A program made the position numbers and the translations under genes. A DNA stretch of 64,000 nt, taken from Octopus sinensis (Eukaryota). The notes below the pieces were generated by a model, which saw only the letters and a list, made by a program, of their open reading frames with translations, searched no databases and was not told the origin of the DNA. The stretch is taken from positions 31,868,001 to 31,932,000 of the forward strand of contig NC_042999.1 in assembly GCF_006345805.1 (NCBI RefSeq), given 5' to 3'. Shown in pieces: positions 27,649 through 39,224 of this stretch (its first letter is position 1; each line of letters starts with the position of its first letter).

Positions 27649-28653
27649 GTCTCAACTCTCCCCCCTCCTCATCTAACCCCCTCTCCCACCCCTCCCATAT
27701 CCTTTCTCCCCCCGACCCCTATTCTTCAGTCCTTATCCTTCACCCCTACTCCCCTTCCCTTCTTCCCTCTTTCTCCTACCTTTCTTTCTTCCCTTCCATC
27801 TGCTCCTCACTCCCTCCCTCCCTCTCCCTCTTCCTCCTTCATCCCCCTCCTCCCCTTCCTTCTCCGCTCCTCTCCTCTCTCCCCCTCTCCTCCCCCTCTT
27901 ATTCCCCTCCCCTTCTCCCCCATCTTCTCCCCTCCCCCTCTTCTCCCCCTCCCCCTCTTCTCCTCACTACACCACATGACTTTACACATCACATTACATA
28001 TGATGTGCCATACTAATACACACACCAACTAATACATACTAATACGTACTAATACATACTAGTACATACTAATACTTACACCAAACCTATACATACACAC
28101 GTCCAGACCCCGCATACGCACTTATACTCTCTCACACACACACACACATACTATACATACCAATACGTACTAATACATACTAATACATACTAATACATAC
28201 ACCAACCCCATACATACGCATGTCCAGACCAATCTTACGCACTAATACTCTCTCATACACACACACACACCACACACCCTATACATACTAATACATACAC
28301 CAACCCTATACATACACACATCCAGACCCCTCCCACGCACTTTTAGCTGGTCCCTCAACCCTTTTATCAACCCTATTATCTCCCCTTATTTCGCTCTCGC
28401 GTCTCATGTTGATCTTTGACCTCTGGCCGAAATCAGATCGCCATGTTGATTCGTTAGCTACTGCACGCATTTTTTTTTCTCTCCTTCTTTCTGTGTTTTT
28501 CTCTCTCTGTGTATCTTTCTGTTGAAGAGCGTAGGCTCGAAACGTTAAAGACTTGTTTTATTTATATTTCCTGAGCGCCATACTAATACAATTGTTCGTT
28601 TGTTTTCCACCTGCCTTCGTCTTTTGTTTATTTTCATAAAGCTTCCCGTTATA
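27649..28653 (+). repeat. 5' pseudo-LTR of the PLE
   Basis: Copy of the element's 3' end, starting inside the last codons of the ORF (G-L-N): polypyrimidine tract, TACTAATACA repeats, then a ~330-bp unique part nearly identical to 32635-32962. Confidence 0.93.
28514..28551 (+). ncRNA. Minimal type I hammerhead ribozyme motif, variant core CUGUUGA
   Basis: TCTTT-CTGTTGA-A-GAGC(GTAG)GCTC-GAAA-CGT-T-AAAGA: stem I TCTTT/AAAGA, stem II GAGC/GCTC, palindromic ACGT stem III, predicted GUU cleavage triplet. Confidence 0.7.
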
Positions 28654-29268
28654 TATTATGCGCTCACGTGGTCTCACTTTCATCCTATATTCTACCAATA
28701 CCACTATCAACACTTACCTCTACCTTGGATTTTCTTTACCTCTTGGATACTTACCATTGGCTGCACCTCTCTTTCGCGGATCAAAGTGACTTTGCATTGA
28801 TGTGAAATCCTTAAAAAATATACCACGACGTCTACACATTTCTCACCTTGAACTTTCAACCTTGAACTTGTTCGCATAAACTGTCCCGTTTGTTGTATTT
28901 TTATTTTCTCTTATATTACCACTTTTTTTACATTCATTTCATGCTTCCCACATTTTCCTGAATTTTTGTTCTCCTTTCCGTCTTCTTCCCTCTCTGGATG
29001 TCCATACTCCGTTTCCTCTGCCTGCACCCCCCTTTTTTTGCCTCCCCCTCTCTCTGCTTCCCTTCTTTCTTTCCCTTTTCCGTTGCCCCGTCTTTTCTGC
29101 CCCTATCGCTTACTTATCTAGTTTTTTCATACGATTATTAGTTTTCGTTTTTTTTTTGAACGTTTGTTTTTCGCTATCCTTTTTTTCTATTTTTTTCATA
29201 CGATAATTTTTGTTGTTTTTTGTTTTTTTTGTTTTTTCGAACGTTTTTTTTTTTCCCGCTATCCCATC

Positions 29269-32115
29269 ATGCCGGATCCTAGGTCCTACCTCCTCACCCT
29301 CCATCACCGTTTGAAGGATCATCTACGTTCGCTTCCTGTATATTGCCTTCAGCCGTCCGTTAATCTCTCTCTACTTTTTTAAAAAAACCCGCTTCTCTAG
29401 CCATGTCTCTTTCCTAAGCCGCTGCCTACATCACCGACTCATCCCTAAAGGTTTCCGCCTCCACTTCCACCCTGCTCTCCACTCGGATTCTTCCATCTTA
29501 CCCATACTCCGCACCACATCTTACCGCCTTATGCGGGCCACCATTCGCTCCAATCTCTCCAACTACATGCCATCAACCGCCTTCTTCCTCCTGCTTTCTC
29601 CACCTTCTTCTCCTCTCTGCCGCCTCTCTATGCTCCAAACACGCTACGCTTCATTATCCATTTGAATCAACTCTTCCATCAATTTCTTTCTGATACAAAA
29701 CTTCGTAAACTCCAATCACTCTTCCATTCCACCCTACCCGACGCCACTACCCCAACTCCTCCACCACCCTTCTCCCCTCCCGATAGGCTCCATCCACCCA
29801 CACCTAACCCCACTGCCCCTCCCTACAATCCCTTCTCTCCTCCCGTTAGGCTCCATCCACCTACACCTAACCCTACTGCCCCGCCCAACCACCCCCATAC
29901 ACCTCCCCAATCCCTCCCCCTCAGACCTCCACGAGACCTACCACCCCTCCTACTTCTATTCCACCCACCCCTTCTCCACTTCCGTCTGTTGTTACCATTC
30001 CCCCGATCTTCCCCTCTCTGCGGCTGAACGCTCCGTCCTTGGTAGGGGTCTGCGTTTCATCCCCCTCACTCCATCCTGTAAGGAATTCCAGACGCGAGTT
30101 GATGTCCACAGCTTTGTGCGCCGTGTCCGGTTGGGTGCGCATTACCACGACTCGCCACCCACACCCCACGAAGAGAGGAAGACTGCTTCACTGCCTGGGC
30201 CGCCCGACATCCCCGTGGACGCCTGCCCCTGGCCAGATCCTAGCAGTGGATCTTTTCGCGGGCGCTTGTCAGCGTGCATTGGAGCGGTTCAACTTCTCCA
30301 GGCGCCAACGCCGCCTCAACATCTCCCCGGCTGAGCTCTTGGCTCTTCGTTCCCTCCAACGGCGCGCTGACATTATCATCAAACCGGCTGACAAGGGTGG
30401 AGCTGTAGTGGTGTGGCGCGCGGACCTCTATAGGGCCGAGGCTTTCCGCCAACTAACCCCACACGTAGCTACCAACAGACGGTATCCTCTACCGTCCAAG
30501 ACCTCATCTCGTCCACCCGTCTCCCCCGCACCGCATCCAACCTAATTGTGCGAACCCCACGTACCCCCACCATTTACTTCCTCCCCAAAATCCACAAACC
30601 CAACAACCCTGGCCGCCCCATCGTCTCTGCCTGTAACTGCCCCACGGAGCTCATCTCTAAATACCTCGACCGTGTCCTTGCCCCCCTAGTGGCATCTCTT
30701 CCCTCCCACATCCACGATACCAACCATGCTCTCCGGCTTTTCAACTCTTTCTCCTTTCCTCCCGGCTCCTCCAAAATCCTTTTTACTATGGACATCCGAA
30801 GCCTCTATACTGTTATCCCTCACCACGAAGGACTGCAGGCCCTTCGACACTTTCTTGACCTCCGCTCTAACCCCGTACCTGACACCTCCACACTCATTCG
30901 TCTGGCCGAACTTGTCCTTACTCTGAACTGCTTCTCGTTCGCGGGCGAGTTCTACCATCAGTTCTCGGGAGTGGTCATGGGAACGCGAATGGGCCCCAAC
31001 TATGCGAACCTGTTCGTTGGCTATGTTGAGGCCCAAATATTCTCTAATTTCACTGGTCCCACTCCTGAACTATATGGTCGTTATATTGACGACATTATCG
31101 GTGCCACCTCACTCTCCCGCGAACATCTAGATTCCTTCCTCTCTTTCGTCCAATCTTTCCATCCAGCCCTCCACTTCACTTCCACTATCTCCAACACCTC
31201 TGTCTCCTTCCTCGACATTTCGGTTAGCATTCTTCACTCCACTCTTACCACCTCCATTCACTACAAACACACAGACTCACACTCATACCTCAACTTCTCT
31301 TCCTCCCACCCAGAACACACCAAGCTTTCCATCCCCTATTCCCAATTCCTCCGTCTACGTAGGCTCTGTAGTGACGACCATGACTTTGAGACTCAGTCTC
31401 AACGTATGCTCACCACTTCACCCTACGTGATACCCCTCACCACTCCCACACCGCCCTTGCCAGAGCACGGTCCGTGGACCGTGTATCTGCTCTCTCTCCC
31501 GAACCCGCCCTGTAGTCTCCCGCCTCCCTTTTCCCCTCACTTACCACCCCCACGACCCTACGTCTCAACGCACCATTCTTCGAGCTTTCCGTCATCTCCA
31601 GTCCGACCCGTCCACTTCACACCTCTTCCCTAACCGACCCTCCCCTCTTTCAAACGAGCCCACAACCTTCGAGACCTTTTGTCCTTAGCTCCTTCCCTGA
31701 CCCTACTCCCAACCCGGCTCGTTCCCCTGCTCCCGCCCACGTTGCCGCACTTGCCTTACCTCTCCAACACCACCCGCCTCACTAGCACCCACCATCGACC
31801 CTATCCCATCATCCACTCCTTCACCTGCACCTCCAGCAATATTATCTATTGCATCTCTTGCTCTCTCTGCAATTCCTTGTACATCGGACAAACGGGACGC
31901 CGCTTGGCTGACCGGTTCGCGGAACATCTTCGTGACATCCACCTTGCGAACGACACACCGGTCTCACGCCATTCCGCTCCACCGGTCACTCCTTGCAACA
32001 CCTATCTGTGTTCGGTTTGTCCTTACACAGAGGCCATCCGGATTCCCGTTTGCGCCGTGAACAGGAATTAATCTTCTCTCTTCGCTCTTATACGCCATTT
32101 GGTCTCAACTCTCCC
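29269..32115 (+). pseudogene. PLE polyprotein (N-terminal domain, RT, Cys linker, GIY-YIG endonuclease), frameshifted in this assembly
   Basis: ATG at 29269 (MPDPRSY...); HVSFLSRCLHHRLIPKGF; LN..F...L...KLRKL; IIIKPADKGGAVVVW; IYFLPKIHKPNNPGRPIVS; FTMDIRSLYT; GVVMGTRMGPNYANL; YIDD at 31082-31093; CSRPRCRTC at 31728-31754; NIIYCISCSLCNSLYIGQTGRRLADRFAEH; REQELIFSLRSYTPFGLN. Several single-base frameshifts (e.g. T6A7 at 29375-29387). End coordinate approximate. Confidence 0.92.
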
Positions 32116-32568
32116 CCTCCTCATCTAACCCCCCTCTCCCCCTCCTCACCTATCCTTCTCCAACCAACCCCTACTCTTCAGTCCTTCATCCTTTCCCCTA
32201 CTCCCCTTCCCTTCTTCCCTTTCTCCCTCCCTCTTCCCCTTCCCTTCTGCCCTCATCCCTCTCTCCCCCTCTCCCTCTTTCCTCCTTCATCCCCTCCTCC
32301 CCTTCCTTCATCCCCCTCCTCTCCTCTTCCCCCATTCTCATCCCCCCCCCCTCCCTCTCTTCCCCTCCCCTCTCCCCCCTCTTCTCCCCCTCCTTCTCCC
32401 CCTCCTCTTCTCCTCACTACACCACATGACTAATACACCACATACTAATACATACTAATACACACTAATACATACTAATACACACTACACCACATACTAA
32501 TACATACTAATACATACACCAACCCCATACATACGCATGTCCAGACCAATCTTACGCACTAATACTCT

Positions 32569-32606
<38 letters not shown>

Positions 32607-32957
32607 ATACATACTAATACATACACACATCCAGACCCCTCCCACGCACTTTTAGCTGGTCCGTCAACCCTTTTATCAACCCTATTATCTCCCCTTATTT
32701 CGCTCTCGCGTCTCATGTTTGATCTTTGACCTCTGGCCGAAATCAGATCGCCATGTTGATTCGTTAGCTACTGCACGCATTTTTTTTCTCTCCTTCTTTT
32801 TGTGTTTTTCTCTCTCTCTGTGTATCTTTCTGTTGAAGAGCGTAGGCTCGAAACGTTAAAGACTTGTTTTATTATATTTCTGAGCGCCATACTAATACAA
32901 TTGTTCGTTTGTTTTCCACCTGCCTTCGTCTTTGTGTTATTTTCATAAAGCTTCCCG

Positions 32958-32962
<5 letters not shown>
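32102..32962 (+). repeat. 3' pseudo-LTR of the PLE
   Basis: Direct repeat of 27649-28653. Confidence 0.93.
32825..32862 (+). ncRNA. Minimal type I hammerhead ribozyme motif, variant core CUGUUGA (second copy)
   Basis: Identical to 28514-28551. Confidence 0.7.
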
Positions 32963-33006
<44 letters not shown>

Positions 33007-33591
33007 GGGATGGCATTATTAAAATACATACAAGTGGTAAGCGAAGAAGCGAGTAGTAGCCGTACAGGCAAATTAATAAAATATATACATACAATATTAA
33101 ATATGTACATATATAAAAACAAGGGTACAATATGAGTACCTATATCGCTAACGATAGAAGTCAAAAAATACTTCTGTACCACCGAATAGTCACAAATCTA
33201 TTTCAGACAAGACAGGGAAAAAATATCAGTGAACAATAGTAATGTCTTACCTCAAATGGGTCAGAACAATTAAATACTGGTCAACTCGGTACCGGTTTCG
33301 AAATTTAGCGCCACCTAGGCGCGTGATTTCTCATCAGCCGAAGTCCGCCAGCTAAATAACAACTAACATTCTCCCCCATCATTCCTGCGAAAGTTCCTTT
33401 GAAGTTTACCAAGCAGAAGTTACCGTACGAACAAACGAAATGCATAAAGTTATTTATAAATAAATATAGAGATGGTATTATTGAAATACCATCAAAAGTG
33501 GTAGGCGAATTATTAGCCGTACAAGAACATTTATAAAACATATACATACAATATTAAATATGTACATATATACATAAGGGTATCGATGAGT
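33007..33591. repeat. Pair of diverged ~130-bp direct repeats (33007-33137 and 33469-33591; period 462) bracketing the HHR
   Basis: gatgg.attatt.aaatac...aagtggta.gcgaa...tagccgtaca...catacaatattaaatatgtacatatata...aagggta...atgagt occurs in both copies; roughly 80% identity by eye. Confidence 0.85.
33277..33351 (-). ncRNA. Type I hammerhead ribozyme with canonical core and extended stems
   Basis: Minus strand: CTGG CGG ACTTCGG-CTGATGA-GAAAT CAC GCGCC TAGGT GGCGC TAA ATTTC-GAAA-CCGGT-A-CCGAGT TGA CCAG. Stem II GAAAT/ATTTC plus GCGCC/GGCGC; palindromic ACCGGT stem III; GUA triplet with predicted cleavage after 33290; stem I pairs on both sides. Confidence 0.85.
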
Positions 33592-34344
33592 CAGAGATCG
33601 ATGAGTCAGAGATGGATGGACATCCATTATAACGAAATGAGCGGTTGCTTTTTTCCATCTTTTCATTACATATTGTATTACTAATTAATCGCTTAACGGG
33701 TTATGCACTAAATTGGTCTCAACATTACGATCGGCTTTACCTCCAATATTATGAGTAAAATTATTTACATCTCCTCAGACGTATTGGCCGGAAACACATT
33801 TCCTCTTTCAAGCTGACTGAAGTACACATTAAGTCAACTCTAGATTAATAAATGTATGAATCAAAATTTTAGCGGTAAGATTTTAAAAAGTTAAGACAGT
33901 GCAAAATTAGAAAAAAAATGGGAAGAGAGTTATTCGTCATAAATTTCAATTCTAGAAAATCAGAGAACAAAAAATCCCAATTTTTGCGGGATGTTAATGA
34001 TTGCGATATTGCAAATGATATTGATTGGGCTAAAAGAATCAATATTAAATGTTTTTGAAGTACTGAAATAAAAAAAAAATGATAAGGGGTGAATGAAATT
34101 TGGAGACCAACTGAAGGAAGCATTTACGTATGTAAGTAGACACCAATATATATATATATATATATATTATATAATGTAATAATTAAAATATATACATACA
34201 TACAAACATATATGTACGTACCTACATCTACATGTATATATACATGCATATATAAATAAATATACGTGAGTACAGGACACCACAACAGGACGTAGAAACG
34301 GGAAAAACATAAAATTATAACAAGAAAATAAGGAAAAGTCCCCG

Positions 34345-34382
<38 letters not shown>

Positions 34383-34384
<2 letters not shown>

Positions 34385-34771
34385 TTATTCTTTTATTCTT
34401 TTACCTTTTACTTGTTTCAGTCATTTGATTGCGGTCATGCTGGTGAAACCACATTTAGTCGAAAAAATCAACCACAGGACTTATTCTGTGTAAGCCTAGC
34501 ACGTATTCCATCGGTCTCGAGGATGAGAAGTCAAGTGACAGTAGAGGGACAAACACAGATACATACATACATACATACATACATACATACACGCAAACAT
34601 AATACATACGACGGGCTTCTTTCCTTTTCCGCCTACCAAATCCACTCACAAGGCTTTGGTCGGCCCTAAGTTACAGCAGAAAACACTTGCAGAAGTGGGT
34701 CAACCAGTGGGACTCAACACGGAACAATGTGGTTGGAAAGCAAATGTTTTACAAGCTGCCACTCCTGCGCC
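34383..34771 (-). mobile_element. SINE family A
   Basis: Reverse complement of family A (cctaccaaatccactcacaaggctttggtcggcc...gccactcctgcgcc). Confidence 0.85.
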
Positions 34772-34812
34772 ATTAAATACATACATACATACATATATAC
34801 GTACATATATTT

Positions 34813-34843
<31 letters not shown>

Positions 34844-34852
34844 CTATATATA

Positions 34853-34914
<62 letters not shown>

Positions 34915-35453
34915 ATATACATATATATTAGTATATATGTTGTGGTATTTGAAGTTAGAAAGTAAGAAACCTGAACAAATCTGGCAGCGCATTCATATGA
35001 AGTTCAAAGATTCTGACAAATCCATCACCTTACGCCATGATTAATAATAAAAACTGATATCGATAAGTAAATAAATCGGTAAATGTAAATTCTACTTAAT
35101 ACTACAAGAAACCTTTCCTGTATATGAAAACGTACTGAATGAAATCCAGTTGCCACTCCCCAACAATAATGTTTTTAGATGTTCACTCGGTATCGAGAAT
35201 CGAAAAACCAATTAAGTCTGAAGCAGATATGCTATTGGTTGAGATTGAACCAATGTAACAGATCAGCTTCATTTACTAAGTGAAAAATATCATAGAGATA
35301 ATGCAATATATTGATTATGGTAACACTAGTTCTCCCATCATCTTCCATTTCTCCCACTTCCTTCCTTTCGAATTCTGTCTCTGTCTGCCTGTTTGTCTAC
35401 CTGTATCTCCCCCCTACTCTCTCTCTCATCTCTCTCTCTCTCTCTTCTCTCCC

Positions 35454-35486
<33 letters not shown>

Positions 35487-36494
35487 TATATATATATGTA
35501 TACCTTACGCTTTGGCCCTGCTTCATGTAGCATTGAAAACAAAACAACGATAGCAAAACAGAAACATATCAACCTGAGGCATTTCTGTAAGGTTTGTAGG
35601 GAATGCAATTGATAATAGCCTAAACACCACAATATAAAGAAACACAGAAAATGTAAACGTTTTTATATAATTGTGATAATAGACAAGATTTTTTCGTCTA
35701 CACTTTTCAGTTTTCTGATAATTACATTCAAACAATTATACGTTTCGATACCTTTTAACTTTATTACATTTATATTAATATAATTTCCTCATTTTTCAGT
35801 ATTAATAGTTGATTTCGGTCTCTTCATAATCTGTTCTCGTCTTAATACTTTCTCGAATCATATAGCTTACAAAATGCTGATGTTGCCCTGTATAGTTACG
35901 AGATGTACTTAGGCATGCTAGAGCATTCGTTCAACTACCTTGTCAGGAATATGGCAGAGTTATGAGGCTGCTGCATTGCTAAATGGGAAGAGATAGTGGA
36001 GACTCTCAACTGATCCAATTGTGCTTCTTACATTGTTGTGGAACGGAGGAAGCCTAGATGATCAGCTGTCAGGATCATCAAGCTCTGTCTTACTGATGTT
36101 TCCAATTCAAATTCGTAAGAGGGGAACTGAGTGGCGACACAGAATCATAAGTATCCTCGAAAACATCGCAACCGACAACAACGAATGTGGTAGGTTATTC
36201 GAATCATTTTGACTGCGAAAATATGCGATATTTGATCCGACTTTTAACAACAGAGATCAAATTTAACTGTTTTTCGTCCGGACAATACAGAAAACACTTC
36301 TGAAGCACCCGTAAAAATTCATAATTTTTTCTTCTGTCCGAAATCGCAGGTCATGTGTATATTTAGAAATCAAAATTGGTTTTTGCTCCTATGGCCAGTT
36401 CAACAGTATTCCAGCAAACATATAAGCGAAATGTTTCAACGTTCAACACACTAAATATTTTACCTGTATACAAATATAAATGTATAAGCATATA

Positions 36495-36526
<32 letters not shown>

Positions 36527-36807
36527 CTTACACACACACATACATAGAGTTGTATTTTGTGCGTTGAAGTGATGGTCGGATGAAGTGATGAGCTATCTTT
36601 TTCCATTTGTATATTTTGAATACACAACAGTATTGCATGCACGTATTATGTCTTCTATACTGAAACTAATACTACATGACGGTTGCGAAACGGCTGTATA
36701 TTTATAGGTGACAGATGGTTAATTAAGTATATATACACCTCTGATACCCACTGACTATGTGACTTGAATATATCATGTGAAAAGATGTCATTGACTGGAG
36801 ATTGTGG

Positions 36808-36955
36808 ATTTTCAGCTGCATGGACAATCAATATTACACTTCTATGTACTGGATTACTATGTTCAGGTTGAGCCAGGTCAGTAAGATCTGTAGGATGCTC
36901 TGAATTGACATCTTATTCTATAAATGCACAAACTATATACACAAACTATATATAC

Positions 36956-37025
<70 letters not shown>

Positions 37026-37157
37026 GTTGTGTATAATAGTGTGCATTTATAGAATAAGATGTCAATTCAGAGCATCCTACAGATCTACTGACCGGCTCAA
37101 CCTGAACATAGTAATCCAGTACATAGAAGTGTATATTGATTGTCCATGCAGCTGAAA

Positions 37158-37159
<2 letters not shown>
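36808..37159. repeat. Long inverted repeat (fold-back palindrome) centred on a (TA)n tract
   Basis: 36808-~36960 is the reverse complement of ~37010-37159 (ttttcagctgcatggacaatc...gaattgacatcttattctataaatgcac). The differences seen are short indels only. Confidence 0.93.
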
Positions 37160-37191
<32 letters not shown>

Positions 37192-37203
37192 TATATATAC
37201 ATT

Positions 37204-37250
<47 letters not shown>

Positions 37251-37309
37251 GTGTATATATATATATGTATATATAATATATATATATATAGATATATATA
37301 TATATATAT

Positions 37310-37349
<40 letters not shown>

Positions 37350-37365
37350 GATATACATATAATGT

Positions 37366-37421
<56 letters not shown>

Positions 37422-38063
37422 GTATATAAGTATGTATATGAGTGTCCCTGTTAGTGGCTTCGCATTTTAATTTCCTTTCACTTTTCTTCTATCACGTGGA
37501 TATAATCATGCACAAACACATCATATTCACTCACATACAGATATATGCTTGTGTATATACCTACATACATGTGTGCGTGTGTATGAGTGCGTTTGTATGC
37601 CTGTGTGTGCGTATTTGTGTGTATGTGTGCGTTTGTATGCCTGTGTGTGATTCTGTGTGCGTATTTGTGTATATGTGTGTAGATATATGTAGATATGAAA
37701 TGAATATGTGTAACTGGTGACAATTAGGGAGAATTTAGTCACCACTAAATGCGACTGCATACGATACAAGCGCATATACCTCAAGGAATAATGGTTAAAC
37801 CATTTATAGCTGTGCAAGAGAACATTTATATTTACTGACGATGAGAATTATCTGTTCCATGAGAGCAATGGTGGCACAGTCATGTTTAAGATGAAACTGC
37901 GCAGGCAAATTCTTTAGCTTTGCTTCGCTGACGGAGGCAGTTATCTCCCCTCTAAGTATATATAAATGTGTGTTTACGCGGCTACAAATGATTTACCTGT
38001 TATCTCCAACAATATGTGTGCTTCTAGCAGATAGTCATAATTAAGGGACGAATAAATTTTGCC

Positions 38064-38127
<64 letters not shown>

Positions 38128-38143
38128 ACTATCTATCTATCTA

Positions 38144-38188
<45 letters not shown>

Positions 38189-38201
38189 CTATACGCACAT
38201 G

Positions 38202-38257
<56 letters not shown>

Positions 38258-38261
38258 CTTT

Positions 38262-38421
38262 TTGTTTTACTGGCCACAGGGGGCTTAACATAGTGGGTAC
38301 AAACAAGGACAGACAAAGGGATTAAGTCGATTACATCGAGCCAGTGCGAAACATTTACTTTATTTATCGACTCCGAAAGAATGAAAGCAAAGTCGACCTC
38401 GGCGGAATTTGAACTCAGAAC
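38262..38421 (-). mobile_element. SINE family B (partial)
   Basis: aagtcgattacatcga...gcaaagtcgacctcggcggaatttgaactcagaac. Confidence 0.85.
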
Positions 38422-38439
38422 TTGTACGTACATACGTAC

Positions 38440-38560
38440 ATACGTTTTTTCACCTCTTAAACCTTTCTGTCGATGAGCGTAAGACACGTTTTTTCATTTT
38501 CCCAGAGCGTTAAACTAATACACCTGTTTGTTGTTCCTACACCCGTCTTCCTTTTTTTGT
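38440..38560 (+). mobile_element. Decayed PLE 3'-end fragment with broken HHR (core CUGUCGA at 38467-38473)
   Basis: ctttctgtcgatgagcgtaag...acg...ttcc.agagcg..aaactaataca...tgtttg...acc.gtcttc is homologous to the pLTR end 28514-28625; the GAAA segment is deleted. Confidence 0.6.
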
Positions 38561-39224
38561 TTTAGGGAAATGTAAACTACACCCCCACCACACACACACG
38601 CATGCACACGCACGCGAACACACACGCCGTCACACACACAGACACACACACATATATATGTATATGTATGACTATATTTACATACCATATATCAATGTGT
38701 GTGTGTGTATGTAAGTGTGTGTTTTAGAGGGAAACAGAATGTTTGGGTAAGCATTGAAGTTTTGGAAAATGACAAACTGTAAAACATATCAAGGAGCATA
38801 ATTGGCGCAAAACTGCGTTATTATCGTTACAGCTGCTGCATTTTATACCTCATCCTAGAAGTTTCTTTTCAAATCAAATATTATGTGAGCTTCACAGAAT
38901 ATAATTGCCATGTAACAACATGTAATAACAAATGTTTTGTCGGTTGTGCCGTATGTTGTCATAATGATTAGGATGATCACAGCGAAAATTAATATCGACA
39001 GTTAGAAAGATGATGGCGACTATTCATTTAATGAACAGCTGATACCGCATATTGTACATAACTATTGTTCAATTATATAAAAGCCTATCCCATTGAAATC
39101 CGCCTTAAATGGATATTGTAATTGAAAATGCATGTTATCTTTGAGGCCTGTTAAACAATCGAAACTTTCCTTAGCTATTTACATCCTCAATTTATTCCTC
39201 ACAGCAAGGTGACGGACTGCCAGA

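Larger units (their letters stand above)
27649..32962 (+). mobile_element. Near-full-length Penelope-like retroelement (Neptune-type) with direct pseudo-LTRs
   Basis: Direct repeats 27649-28653 and 32102-32962 (both start gtctcaactctc and end gcttcccgttata); internal ORF with PLE N-terminus, RT and GIY-YIG; 3' end abuts (TA)n; HHR motif in each pLTR. Confidence 0.95.

Noticed and set aside
36760-36870. Peptide EKMSLTGDCGFSAA resembling coatomer beta EKALSGYCGFMAA
   Set aside because: COPB is far more conserved than this, there is an upstream in-frame stop, and no further match.
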